A DNA stretch of 53,027 bases, counting the filler, from Circinaria calcarea (Eukaryota): the NCBI GenBank assembly GCA_051942165.1. It is 3 parts of 3 records of this genome, joined end to end, with 100 filler letters (N's around TTAATTAATTAA, not from the genome) between each part and the next. Parts side by side here need not be neighbours in the genome. Positions count along the whole stretch, not along the records: positions 17,757 to 35,352 come from JAVECS010000263.1; 2 more parts are not named here. One strand, written 5' to 3'. The notes beneath the pieces were generated by a model. The model was given only the letters and a program-made list of their open reading frames with translations. It did not search any database and was not told the DNA's origin. The position numbers and the translations under genes were made by a program. Below, piece after piece: positions 23,078-35,452 of this stretch; the stretch's first letter is position 1, and each line of letters begins with the position of its first letter.

Positions 23078-25272
23078 TCATTGGGAAAAGACGCTATCGT
23101 AGCCTCTACTATCAGCCTCTAGACGGTCGTCAACACTTTGCTTTTGCTGCATATACATCTCATTCATACGGTTGACTGGAACTGCATCCGTCGGACCTGG
23201 AGTATCGGGACCCAGCGCGCCTGGCGGTCCTAGAGGAGGTCCTTGTCCAGGCATGACTGGCGGGTGCATGTGTACTGCGTGGGGACTAGAAATCAGATCG
23301 GGGTTGTTAGCTTAAAGACCGACTACTTCGCACATGAAGATTACGCGTTTTGTCAGAATGCACGTCCCACAATATGTTGCGTGAAGAGAAGGCTTGCACA
23401 CCCGACACTGAAGCAGGAAATTAAGATTATCAAGAGGGGAACATCAAGCTATGTGACATGTATCGGTTTTGGCAAACTGACAGAATGGCAAGCTAGTAAC
23501 GCAACATCTGGAACACCCTGATGTGCAAGAATGGCTCAATAGCTACACTGAAGTTGGTAATCTCGTACAGCTCATCATGACATCCTAAAAGACAACTCGT
23601 TATACCACCTTTCTGTCATGTGCTGCTCGAAAGAGAAAAGGCACTCAAATTGCCACCGTCAATGCTCCGAGGTGATGAAATAGCAGAAGTGAAATATCTT
23701 CAACCGCACTAATTTTCAAGATAGAACAGTTGCTTTTCAAGGCAAAATCTGGTAAGAGCTTATGACGAAGAGGGGTTCTTACTATCGGATTATCAGCAGT
23801 TGAAATTCAGTGTTTATACGGTTCCCAAAAACCTACCTTCATAGGCGCAAAGTTACCATATTGATGTGTAGGAGGCATACCCATTGACGGATAAACCGGG
23901 GGTGGCGGAGCTGGACGGTAAGGAGTACCCGCAGGGCCGGAGTTGTTCTGGCTTCGACCCCAGCTAAGTCGTACACGCGAGTTACCGATAGGATAACCTT
24001 GCATTTGATTGATAGCCATCTCGGCAGCATGACGCTGCACGAACTGAACGAATCCACAGCCTTTACCAGGAGGTATCTTCACGTATGTGATCTCACCGAA
24101 TCCCTGGAAGAATGAACGAAGCTCATCTTCAGTGACATAACCAGAGAGCCCACCAACGAAGACGGTGGTGTTGTTTGGGTCGGTGAACTGATTCATCGGC
24201 TGAGGGGCGCCATAATAGCCCATTGGGGGAGCTCCCATGGAGTACATGCCGACCGGACCTTGTCCGCCGCCCGGCATGCCCATTCCGCCTTGTCCAGTGC
24301 CTCCAGTCTTATTTTTGGGAGTGGCTGTGGAGATTCGCATCGGGCGATTTCCACAGTACACACCTTGCATCTCACCGAGAGCACGACTCTGCTCTCCTTC
24401 ATCAGAAAATCGAACGAAACCATAGCCACGAGACATGCCACTGATCGGATCGGTCATGATTTTAGCAGACTTGCAGGAAGCAAAGCGGCTTTGAAAAAGC
24501 GACACCAAAACAAACTCGTTAACCTCTGGGCCAAGATCGCCAACGAAGATGGAATACTCTGGACCACGATCATCTCGGCTATCATGTGTCAGTAATACGA
24601 ACTTAGATGTATGAAAATTACTGACCTTCGGTCAGCAAGGCCTCCACCAGAAGCCCAATTCAACTTGAAGGGACGATTAGAGTTCGGAATGATGGTACCA
24701 TTTAACGTCAGTGCCTTGGCAGCAGCGGCAGGGCTAGTGAAGTCGATGAAGCAATACCCAGCATTACTATACGTGTTTAGTACGCTTCGATAAGGCTACA
24801 TGGGGAACGCTTACCCTGAGAACTTATCACGAATCATTTTAACATTCACTTGCTCGCCCATGTTGTACCAAACGCTTCGCACGAAATTCTCGTCGATCCA
24901 CGGTTCCAGCTCGCCCATCCTAAGGGACATGACATGTTAGCATTAAGTCAGATTAACGGTTAAGGGACATCAGCACGGTTATGACACTGTTGACAAGGTG
25001 AAATCGAGTATCGAACGTGATGCGCACATCTATCAAAGGAAGACCTCTACCAATATCTTCACATACCAGAGCGTTGTTTTAGCGTCTCCACCTGGTTGTC
25101 CTCCAGTGGATCCTGGTTCACCGACATTCCCACCTTGAAAGCCTGCAGGAGAATTATCAGGGTTCTGACCACCCATAGCACTGTCCTGTTGTTGCGGCGC
25201 TCCGGGCCCAGCACCACCAGCATCTGGCTGGCCTTGCTGAGCCTGAAAGGAGTCATAATTTTGGAAACTCAT
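23078..25272 (-). CDS. NAM8: Three-RRM RNA-binding protein of the Nam8/Ngr1/Csx1 (TIA-1-like) family; short isoform stops at 23779-23781, predicted long isoform ends at 23078
   Basis: KTTLWMGELEPW, AGYCFIDF, FKLNWASGG, YSIFVGDL, SRGYGFVRF, DPNNTTVFVGGL, KGCGFVQF and RVRLSWGRS. Exons 25272-25067, 24919-24815, 24747-24626 and 24578-23838, plus a distal exon 23285-23078. Confidence 0.88.
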
Positions 25273-27833
25273 TGTTTCCGCAGAGTGTCTTGTGATGTTG
25301 CAGAGTTACGTAGATAGAAGCACTGGAGAAAATCTCACTGGATGTTGTGATATTTGATGGTCGGCAGGGCAAGATGAGATTTTCCAAAGGTTGGCAGATG
25401 CGTGAACGTCAGAGGCGACTTTGTGAATACCGATTAGCGTCTTCTTGGTAGGCCTCACGGCGATAGTGCAGTCATTTGCGACCCATAACACAATCTCCTT
25501 CTAACCCGTGTGCAGCTGACACTTACAAGAGAACCTGCGTCGTTCCTTGGTGCGCAATTCAATATCTAGAAACCACAATACCAGTGTAGGCTTTGGGAAT
25601 TCGCAGAGCCCAAGATTAACTGAGCAGAAGTAGATGAAGAAGTAGATGCTGCTAATAGCTGACGCGCAAACGGTTACAGGCAGGCTTTTCCGATGACAAT
25701 ATGCGAGGACTATTCGAACGTCTGGGAAGGGATCGTTAAGGACTGTCGGTCTTCCTGTACCGTCTAGATAAGATGAGCTGTGTGGGAAACGCGAACGATA
25801 CAGGCGAGGAGCTAAAAGCCGAGCGATGATCAGCCACTCACTCATTCACGGATGGCTTCACAATTCCAGATGTGTCATCCAGTCAACACAGCGCATGACA
25901 ATTGCTGTGAATGATGGGACGAGGATGCGGAGGTTGTAGACGACCGGATATCCATCAGGAGGTCGAGGGATGGACAACCGGAGCCCGACCAAATACAGGC
26001 AGGGGAGCTGGCTGATTCACTCGGGAAAACCAGAGCGTTTTCCGGGTCAATTGGCCCAGCACGACGGGCTTCAAGAGCCGTATCGCAGGCAAGGAGGTGG
26101 TTGAAGACGTGCCGGGACGATCGGGCCCAAGACAAAGGGGGAAAAAAAGAGTCGCAACTCACCAAGACGGGAAGGCTCCTGCGCAATGCAGACAAAGCAG
26201 AGTTGAGTCGATATCAAGAAATCAAGAACACCCGCGACACAAAGGGACCCGAAGGGACGAGATGGTAGTCGACGAAGATTATGCTTGGGGAGGGGGGAAA
26301 AGCAGAGGAAGACACGAGCAAGAGAAGGTTTGGTGGAGGGGGAGCCGATTTCTTAGCCAAAAGTGGAGTGGAGGGAAACTCAAACCGGCGTAGCGGGAAA
26401 AGTTCGATTGACGCCTATGAGGCCTAAGGTACGACCTCCCGGATCTCCTTCTACGCTGGCAGCCCATGATTCGCTGCGACGGGTTCAGAAAGCTTCAATT
26501 TCGATAGTATCATATACAGATATATACCCAGGCTCCTGGCACGCATACGGGCGTCCGGGAACCCTGAGGCTTCGATCTACGCTGTGGCTTCTATCCATCG
26601 ATGATCAGTGGGAGCATGTCCTCCGTAGCGTGGGAAGCGCAAGCAGGAACTATAGATCCTTGGTAGAACAAAGGGAAGCAAGGCCAGCCAAACGGCACCA
26701 GCTGAGTGGTCAAGGGAGGGCCCGTAGCTGCAAGTAAGTCTATTATGCATGCTGACCGAGGTCGGAAGGGTAATACGTATTCTATAGAAGACGTGCAACC
26801 GGGGAGGTTTGCTTGCACGCAAAAGTGGAGGCTGCAACGCACGGAACCAGACCGGTACGGTAGGTATGCAATCAGCCCGCCTCCCAATTTCTTAGAGAGA
26901 CACAATAAAGCTAACTCGTTTTCTCCTCTCTCTCGCAGCTGCAAGGGGAAAGCTCCAATGATCCCCTTACCTCCGTGCTGACTTGGACGATTTCCATCAT
27001 CATTCGCGCAGCAAACGTTTTGCCCATAGTTAACCCTCACGATCTACTTAGAGAAAACCTGCATGTAAGGTACTCAATTAGACGTAATTAAGACCATTTG
27101 TTGCGAGAGACTGCTGGAGGATCTAACTTTACCTTTATTTATTTTTTTAAAAAAAAGGGTTTTCCCATGGCCCGGCCCGGTCTAGATCTTTTTCGGGAAT
27201 GACGTGCATCAGTCTTGAATCACAGGACCAACCGGACTCGGGTCGGATAAGTGTCTGTCCTTGCGGATAACCACAAGACGTGATAGGTAAGATACAATTA
27301 CGGTCACGAGAAATTGGTATGCATAGAGTTCGATCAGATAGCTTCCAACCCGAGACGTTGATGTTTCTATTGGCAAGATTGTACTCTGTAATCTCGGAGA
27401 CAGACGGGGAAGCCGTAGGCCAAGGTTGACATGGGTTGGCTGGAAATTATGTCAACCTGGTTCACGGGCAACGTAAAAGCTGAGGTGGCTTAGATGCATA
27501 TTAGAGAGGAACCGGATCCTCTTAGGAATGAGAGGGTGTCTGACATGATCTACCTTGGCAGGCACACCCGGCAGGGCGCAAGCTTGAGAGCGGCTTGGTA
27601 GGGTTCTCTTGTCAGCTTCGAAACCACGTATACACACAACGCTGAATGTGGTCAGTTCTCAGATATGTATTTCATGCCTACATGACATCACACTGTCCTA
27701 GCTATATTCATGTCCGACAGCTAAATAGTGAACAACGTGTCCCGGGGATATCTTTTTGTCCAAATGGTCAACTCCAGATTCATCCCCAATCGTTATGTGC
27801 TGCAATGTACAATTCAACTCCGGCTGCGTCCAG

Positions 27834-30800
27834 TCATGACATTATTTTCATCGCCCCAAGCAGGATCTCGACTCCCCCGCCCGGGCCAGCGCTGTTCTTC
27901 CGCCCTCTCTCATTACCAGCCTTACTCTCTCTCCTCTTCATACTGTATGTTCCGCTCCGTTTTCTCTCCGTGGAAAGTGGTGGAGATTGTGTCTGTTTCG
28001 GCTCCAGCGGTATTACGCCGGCGCTTCCTTTATCAGACTCGACTCTGTCTCCATCGAATCGCAATTCCAGTCCCTGGATGTTCAGGCCCGCTTCATCACG
28101 TTTGAGACCCTCCTTCGTACCGTCGGTTCTTTCATCCGATCCCATTAGAGCAGGTGGCCGGTGTCTCTGTGCCTTTGCCTTGGCTAGGCTGATCGTCTTC
28201 TGCTGGTAAGTGCTAATGATCGGTTCACTATCGTCACGATCGATGGTGGCCTTCATGAGCGCGGCCATCCAAAGCCGACCTTGCGTTACGTTATCTACAG
28301 CGAAGTAGTGAACAGTGGGTCTTGTAAAGTTGACCGCACGGGATAAACCCGTCCGAGGTGGAACTAGCTTGAAGATGAATGTACTGTCCGTATTGGCTTT
28401 CTGAAAGGTAGAGGCGGCTTGGGAGGCGGCTTCGGTGGAGTTAATAGTTGGAGTCTGTGCATTCGAAGGAGATGTGGGAGACGACTTCGCACCGGTAAAG
28501 GTAGCATGGAGACCCGTTATCCTTTCGTTGTCTGCAGGCAAAACACGGTGGGAGGAAATGTCAATTAGTCCCTTTTCCTCAGTGTCATTCTCGGTATAGT
28601 AGTACGAGAGTCGACGTCCGCGGAGCACAAAGAGTCGTGGCTTCCATGTGGTCATAAGACTCGGGGACTTTTTCTTCATCCAGCCACTATAGTCACAGTC
28701 AACCATTTGCTCATAGGGAGATTTCTGCATAAGTCCACGCGTATATGCACTAGTCTGTTTCTTGGATTTTCGTCGTGTTGTCCGACTTGGCGGCGTTACA
28801 CCGGTAAGTGTGCTATCGGTCCCTTTGGAAGAGGACGCGTCCGTACTCTCCATTTCAAAGCTTTTTGATGCACCGGAAGTGGTTGTAGAGCATGTTCGAG
28901 TCGGGGACGGTATCGCAAATTCTTTCATAAACGAGGGATTGGAGGAAGGGGATGCTACTAGTGTCTTTTCTGATACTTGGGTAGCAGCAGAGCTTGCTCG
29001 AACGCTGATTCGAGGCTTTGGAGACGATTGAGGGTTCCAAATTTGCGATGTCTGTGAACCGTGTGAGATGACCGGTGATCCCTTATCAAGTATAGGTGAC
29101 GCTGCCATGAGGCTCGTTCTAGGTGTGTTTGCGTAGTCAAGCTTAGTGACGGTAGGTGAAGAAACATCTTTTGGAGGATCGGCTGTGAAACCACTCTCCT
29201 TGATGATTGAAGTACTGAATCGGCTCTTGAGGCTATCAGCTAGGTGCATCTTCGAAGCTGGAGAAGTCATTGCAGAAAGGGTATCCCGAATAGAGTCTCC
29301 GCTTCCGAGCCGAGATTGACGTTTGGACCCAGTAGTGATTCTCCGCTGCTGTTGCTCTTCTTTATGGCTACTCTGACGCGAATGTGATGCACTGACAACA
29401 TCCCGCTTCCTCAGAACGTTCCGGCTCTTCTTCACATCCACCTCACCACCAGATATATCACCGCGGTCAAGTCCGTTCGAAGGACTTGTGCCATGGTCAG
29501 AGCCTTGCGAGATAGGATCGAAGGTATTGCAGTCACTACTCAACGAAGGTGAATGGGCACGAGAGTCAACTGTTGATGCCGGACGGCCGTTCATTGCAGG
29601 TGCAAGGTTTCCCATTGTCCAATTCCGATCAAATGAAGGTTGCTTCCTGTGGGAAAGTGTAAGGCCTCTAGTGGGCGAAAGAGGAAGTCTCTCTTCAACA
29701 TCATCAACCGATGCAGCGGCGGTAGAGAAGTCAACGGACGAATGGCGTCGCGAGTGATTAAGCTCTCGTACCGAGGCTGCTGAAGGCCGATCTAGGCTCT
29801 CTCGACTGGGGCGGAATGTAGCAGTTGACGGCATTGAGGTCGTTTCCTGATTTGGTACTTGTAGCTGAGATGCAAACTGCGGTTGAGATGCATTCCTTGG
29901 GCTCTCCTGCTGGCTATGGCGGGCAGCAAGTTTTGAGCCTGGGCGATCAAGCAGGTTTGGGATTCTAGGTAACGTAGAACTAATCATGCTGCCTCGATTT
30001 GCGTTCTCTAAATTCCCCGGAGAAGTATTACCTTCGAGAGGACTGTTGCTCTTTGTGTCGTAGCACTTATTAGCTCGGACTTCCTCTTGTAGCGCTTTGA
30101 TCTTGTGCCAAGTTCTCAGCCGCCGCCCCACGAGACCCAGATTAAACTCTTTCATGAAAATAGAACTTTGATCCATGCCTAAAAGTACTTCTCCAGATAT
30201 TTCCTGCTCCATAAACACTTCGCAATGGCGACGTTCTACACCAACGTCTTCCAAGTACTCTGCTACTTGGGCGGGGGTCCATTTTGTCACTTCCTCTTCC
30301 GTGTGGGCGTTACGTTCCTCCTCGTCGGTCTCATGTCCATTTATATAAGATAAGCGGTGATCGATGTGATTGCTGTATTCGCTTCCAGAGTCGTTGATTC
30401 CCCTCTGTTCAACTGCAAGCAAGCTGGATCTTGGCGTATTAAGATCTATTATATGTTCATCAATCACACTCAGAGTCTCATTCATGACCGGACTGTCCTC
30501 GCCATGATGACGCACATTACCCATGGTCATGCTAATACTTCGCTGAGTAAATGGATGTGAGCCCACTGTTTGCGCTGGAGAGACGGGGTTTGGCACAGAA
30601 TTAGTTCTATGCAAAGGCGGCGTCGTGTTTAGAGGCGGTGGAGTGGCATCATGAAGATCGAAATACTCTGGTGCTGCTGCTGTTGACAATTTCTCGGATC
30701 CCATTGGGGTTTCGGCTCCCTGACTGTCATTTGAAGCTAAGCTTTGCACTTCATGGTCCGAGTCAACCAAAGTGACTAGCCTGGAATTATCGAGAGATTC

Positions 30801-31278
30801 CTGAATCAGAGCACCGAGCCGCGTGTTGGACCGGATGCTGTTCATATGAGGCGGTCGCGGGATTGCTGTTGTGTATACTGCAGTGTACGCATTAGAAGAT
30901 GCCCGTAAAAGCTTGTTGTATCTGGACTTCGACCAACCCTCGGGAAAAAGCCCTGATCGGCCATTCTGTAGATGTTTACCCAGGTACCACCCATCTCCAA
31001 AATCATCATCGCGCTCTATGAGCTCCAATCTATCCCCTTTACTTAGACTCAGCTCATCCGCACTACGGGCCTCGAAGTCATCTAAGTATCACTAACATTA
31101 GTTAACCATAATAGCAAGGCTCCCAAGTGCCCGAGCTGCTGCTAATAAACCATTATGCCAGGTATCATTTCATCTCTTCTCGTACAAATTTTCGTAGAGG
31201 CTATGACTTACGGATGACCATCAATAATTGTCCTGGACTGGCCTTCTTCGGCGATTCTCCTTGATGTCGGAAGGCCAT
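27834..31278 (-). CDS. BOI2: Polarity scaffold SH3-SAM-PH protein (Boi1/Boi2/Pob1 family); introns 31082-31211 and 30878-30937
   Basis: SH3 HDFEARSADELSL...GDGWY...GLFPE|VY, SAM WTPAQVAEYL...EISGEVLL, and PH YSGWMKKK...WKPRLFVL...LWMAALMKA. Confidence 0.9.
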
Positions 31279-32240
31279 GCTTGTGATCGATGCAGGTTTT
31301 GCGCTCCAATGCGGAGAAGGCAGCAGCCTGATTGTCAAATCTTATGCGCGCTGAACAATGCTTGGCTGCTGTGAGAGTACCAACGGCATCTCCACCCTGG
31401 GCCCTCTTAGCTCTGAGTACCTCAGATCGTATTCGGACCGTAGATCAGCGACCGACAACGTCTCAAGTAAGGTAGATGTGGCGTGGCCACCATAGGACCG
31501 TAAGATGTGCTCAATGAACCATATGGTGAGCATTTGAACACAGCAAAGCGGAGAGCAAGGACTCAATGACAGAATTTGAACCCGGCAGTCCGAACGCGTT
31601 CGTTTCTCGTATCAACGTTCACTTCATGATTTTGTCCGTCGTCAGGTTACCTCTGGCACTTTATTTTGTCTCTCCATGATGATGAGAGGATCGGTATAAT
31701 AAGTAACCGGAGCGATCCCAGAAAGCGTTAGGTTTGCCACTACGGGTAAAATTGTGAAATCGAGAACCTTAGAGTGTTATAAATAAACAACACAGAGGAG
31801 ATTGTGAACAGGAAAGCCATTTGATCTTAGAGACGGCCTATAAGAGCTGACTGATATCTCCCCCGAGTCGATTATGCCAGTGGATGACTTATCTATGTTT
31901 CAGTAGAGCTGCGAAGACGTGATGCTGAAGAAAGCATGACTTAAGAGTACGATTCCCTCTTTGATTAAGATAAGAAGTTTTTGCAAGCATGCCGCTCGAT
32001 TCTTGCTTGCCTCATTGTTGCTTCACATCAGTTTTGACTGCTTCTTCTTCTCCAAAGCATCATGCAAATGCATCACGTCGATTACCCCCAGGTGTACTGC
32101 TCTGGAAATTCCAGCATTTCTAGCTACTCAGAGACCTTGTTGAAAGAAATTCATCTGCTGTGGCGGCGGTCTCGAAATAAGCGGCTGGCTAGTGATTGAC
32201 TTAGATGCTGATTTAGAATTCTCTAGAGGTAGAAAACATC

Positions 32241-35200
32241 ATGGCTTCGTGCTCAGGCCGCCCTCGTGATAAGGGAGGCAAGTCTACTCCTGGGAAGGAG
32301 ATAGAAAGGTCCAATTCAACCCTATCTCACTTCTTCGGAGGTAAGCAGCGGGCTTGGATGACAGAGTCCTGTAGCACGAATGACTTGCCAAATGCGCCCT
32401 ACAAGCCGTTAAAAACGTCAAGCCAAGGTAGTAACACTCGAAATTCACTACGGCACATCGAAGCAGCCTTCAGCCATCAGGTTATACCGAGCCAGGCAGA
32501 CATCATTCAACAGATGTCTTCCACCAGACATCGTACAGATCGGGCATCAGCGATTAGAGAGAATGTCGAAACTCAGGTGGTCCTGATATCGAAAGACCAG
32601 TCGACAAGAATGGACCCCATGCTCCCCTCCCCAGCACCTAGCGAGGAGAATCTGCACGAAAATGACAGCAGCATTACGAACGGGGATGGCAAAGGACTGT
32701 CTCCGTTGCAGCGGTCAGGAGACTTGGAACTTTTCAAAACGTACCTTAGACGTAACGCGGTTGCTGAAACCGAATTCGCTCCGACCATAGAGAGCCAGAT
32801 CGATGCGCGAGAAGTACCTCCTGACATGGCAGCTGGAAAAGCTCCACTCAATCACATGAAAAGGTCCTCGGAGAGTGAAGAACTACCTAGCCCTAAGCGA
32901 CGGATGACTTCAGACGTCGAGTATAGCACGGATAGGCAGCCATTGTCAGAGCAGGCCGATCAACGGGGAATAGTTCCAAACCTTACCATGTCTCGCAACA
33001 ATTCGCAACCGTCAGATCCACCTTTGACATCCTATCTGACTGCCATCGATTCCCGCCTCGAGGTTATAGGGAACGGAGATACCTTAGAGGGGAGACGCCT
33101 GCGATTGCTGCGGGAAGCATGCGAGTGTGGAGATCCCTTCTATCTTGCAATCCATCAGCTGTTTTGTATGAGTTCTACGACGCTATCAGTTTCCCGGTTG
33201 GCTGGACTCACGAATCAACATTTTCAGGGAATGGTCGTCCTGAACCAGATCCTACTATCGAACGATGGCCTGTCGATGGACGCTATCCAGTGGTTCTCGA
33301 ACTTCCCGAGTCCGCTTGAGACTTTACTGCAGACGTCCTTCAGATTCCAGATGGCATATGAGTGTGCTCGGGAATGTATTGCAGTTTTGTACCAAAACTG
33401 GCAGCGGTACCAAAGCCATTGCTTTGCCCGCCTAATCCCACCACTTGTGGATGAGTTGGAGAGGGAACTCTGTGTCAAATCACCCATTTTGCAACGCGTC
33501 ATATATTTAGCTATACATCGTGGGTTTTGGATTGGTGAGGACGACACCTGCTCTCGCTTAAGCTTTACAATTTTCAACGCTAGTCAAGACAAGTACAAGA
33601 CATGGAGGAGTCGCTTCGGCACAGCCAGCCAACCGACAAACGAGGAGATGATTCGATACCGTGAAGCCCTTATAACTGACTTTCGGCACATTCGCAATAA
33701 CCACCACGAACGACATCTGCAACCAGGAATACAGACAAACGGACAGCAAACCCCTACACACCAGCCACAAATGACATTTCCTACTGAGCGCCCGCAGGGT
33801 AGCCAAATTCCTCAAGCTAGAGGTACTGAATCACAAACGGCCTGGGCACCGAATCCAGGTACAGCCACTTTCAATCCCACCATGGTCCTACCGAGCCAGC
33901 ATACCTCGGGCGCACCACCTCTGGAAATCTCAGTTTCTAAGCATCAGCATCCTCATTTGGAGAGGGGTGGGGACGCGTCTATGACATCGAACATGGCTTT
34001 TCACCAACGCAATGTATCAACGAGAAACCTATCACGCATGAATCCTCAGATGAGTCAGATGTATCAGGCAACGGAATCCGTTGGGCGACCCCAAGCCTAC
34101 TTCAACTCACCTACTACCGTTCGCATGAACCAAGCAAACCATCTATCCTCGAGTGTAAGACCTATTTCACGTACGAATAGTATGCCTATCCCAAGGGCAA
34201 CCACTACGCCTCTGACGAATAACGTGCCATCTATCAATCGATCCATTGGAAGGCCGCCATCCCTCAACCTTGTATATGGCAATACCAGTTCTCGAACAAC
34301 TAACAGCCTTCAGGCAGGTCCGCCTGCAATGGCAGCATCGCCCGGAATGGCAGCAATTGCTGCACCTTTTCGTCAAAGTCATAGGCTTACTTTAACACAA
34401 CCGAGACGAGGCAGCTCAAGGACGGTGACCTCACAAGCAAGGATGCCTGCGCAAAGTCCACGAGCTCGACTACATCTAAGTCAGCCTCTGCCGCCAGGCT
34501 CTTCCACATTACACAAGACTAGTTTCAACGATCCGCTTGTCGTTATGAATGGCGCGGTTGGCAATTCAGAAGTAGCCAACATACACTACCAGTATGTCAA
34601 AGATTTCGCTATCGAGCCATTCACAATGAGACCAGAGACACGTAACACTTTGAAGCATTTCACTATCTCTCCTGAGACCTGGGCCATCGTTCCGAAGCAC
34701 GTTCGGCAAACCAATGGCCAGCTTATCAGGGAAGTTGTGCCTGGTTCGCTTCAATACCGTCTGCGCTGTATCAAAATAACCAGCGTGGAAGGGATGTCTG
34801 AGAGTAACTGGGTCATTGAGGAGACGACATGGCCGGACTTTACTGTTGTTGTCGTGCTTAACGGGAAGGGCTTGGACATTGGTCGTAAGAACAAGGATGG
34901 CAAAAGTTCTCCGGTGGATGTAACACCCGTTCTCAACGAAGGGCCGAACACTCTCCACCTATCCATCATGCGTTCTGGGCCTGCCGTCGATGCGGTAAAC
35001 TCTTATGCTGTTGCCATAGAGATCATTGAAGTCAATGACCAGATGAGTTTACAGGAAGCAGTGGGGAGCTTGAGCGTCGCGGAGATGAAACAGCACCTAC
35101 TCCGTCAACTTAACAACAACGATCCCGATATCGAGGTTGTTAACTGCAATATTGCCATCGGGCTTACCGATCCTTTCAGCTCGTGCCTCATCAACAAGCC

Positions 35201-35352
35201 AGTCCGCGGCAAGGCTTGCAAGCACTACGAGTGTTTTGACCTCAGCACCTTCCTCCAGACCCGCGAGGGGCCAGTGTGCCGGCCCGAGCAATTCAGATGC
35301 CCTATCTGCGGGGCTGACGCTCGTCCTCAAACTTTGATAGTGGACCAGTGGA
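32241..35352 (+). CDS. SP-RING/MIZ zinc-finger protein (SUMO E3 ligase-like), truncated at the gap
   Basis: Long uninterrupted ORF with C-terminal LTDPFS...PVRGKACKHYECFDL...FRCPIC. Confidence 0.85.
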
Positions 35353-35452
35353 NNNNNNNNNNNNNNNNNNNNNNNNNNNNNNNNNNNNNNNNNNNNTTAA
35401 TTAATTAANNNNNNNNNNNNNNNNNNNNNNNNNNNNNNNNNNNNNNNNNNNN
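35353..35452. other. Artificial contig linker
   Basis: 44 N + TTAATTAATTAA + 44 N. Confidence 0.97.

Noticed and set aside
27140..27182. T7-A8 and GGGTTTTCCC short palindromes
   Set aside because: Low-complexity and short, with no further support as an element or terminator.
30878..30937. 20-aa insertion in the BOI SH3 domain in the ORF track
   Set aside because: It is a 60-nt in-frame GT..AG intron with a CTAAT branch site.
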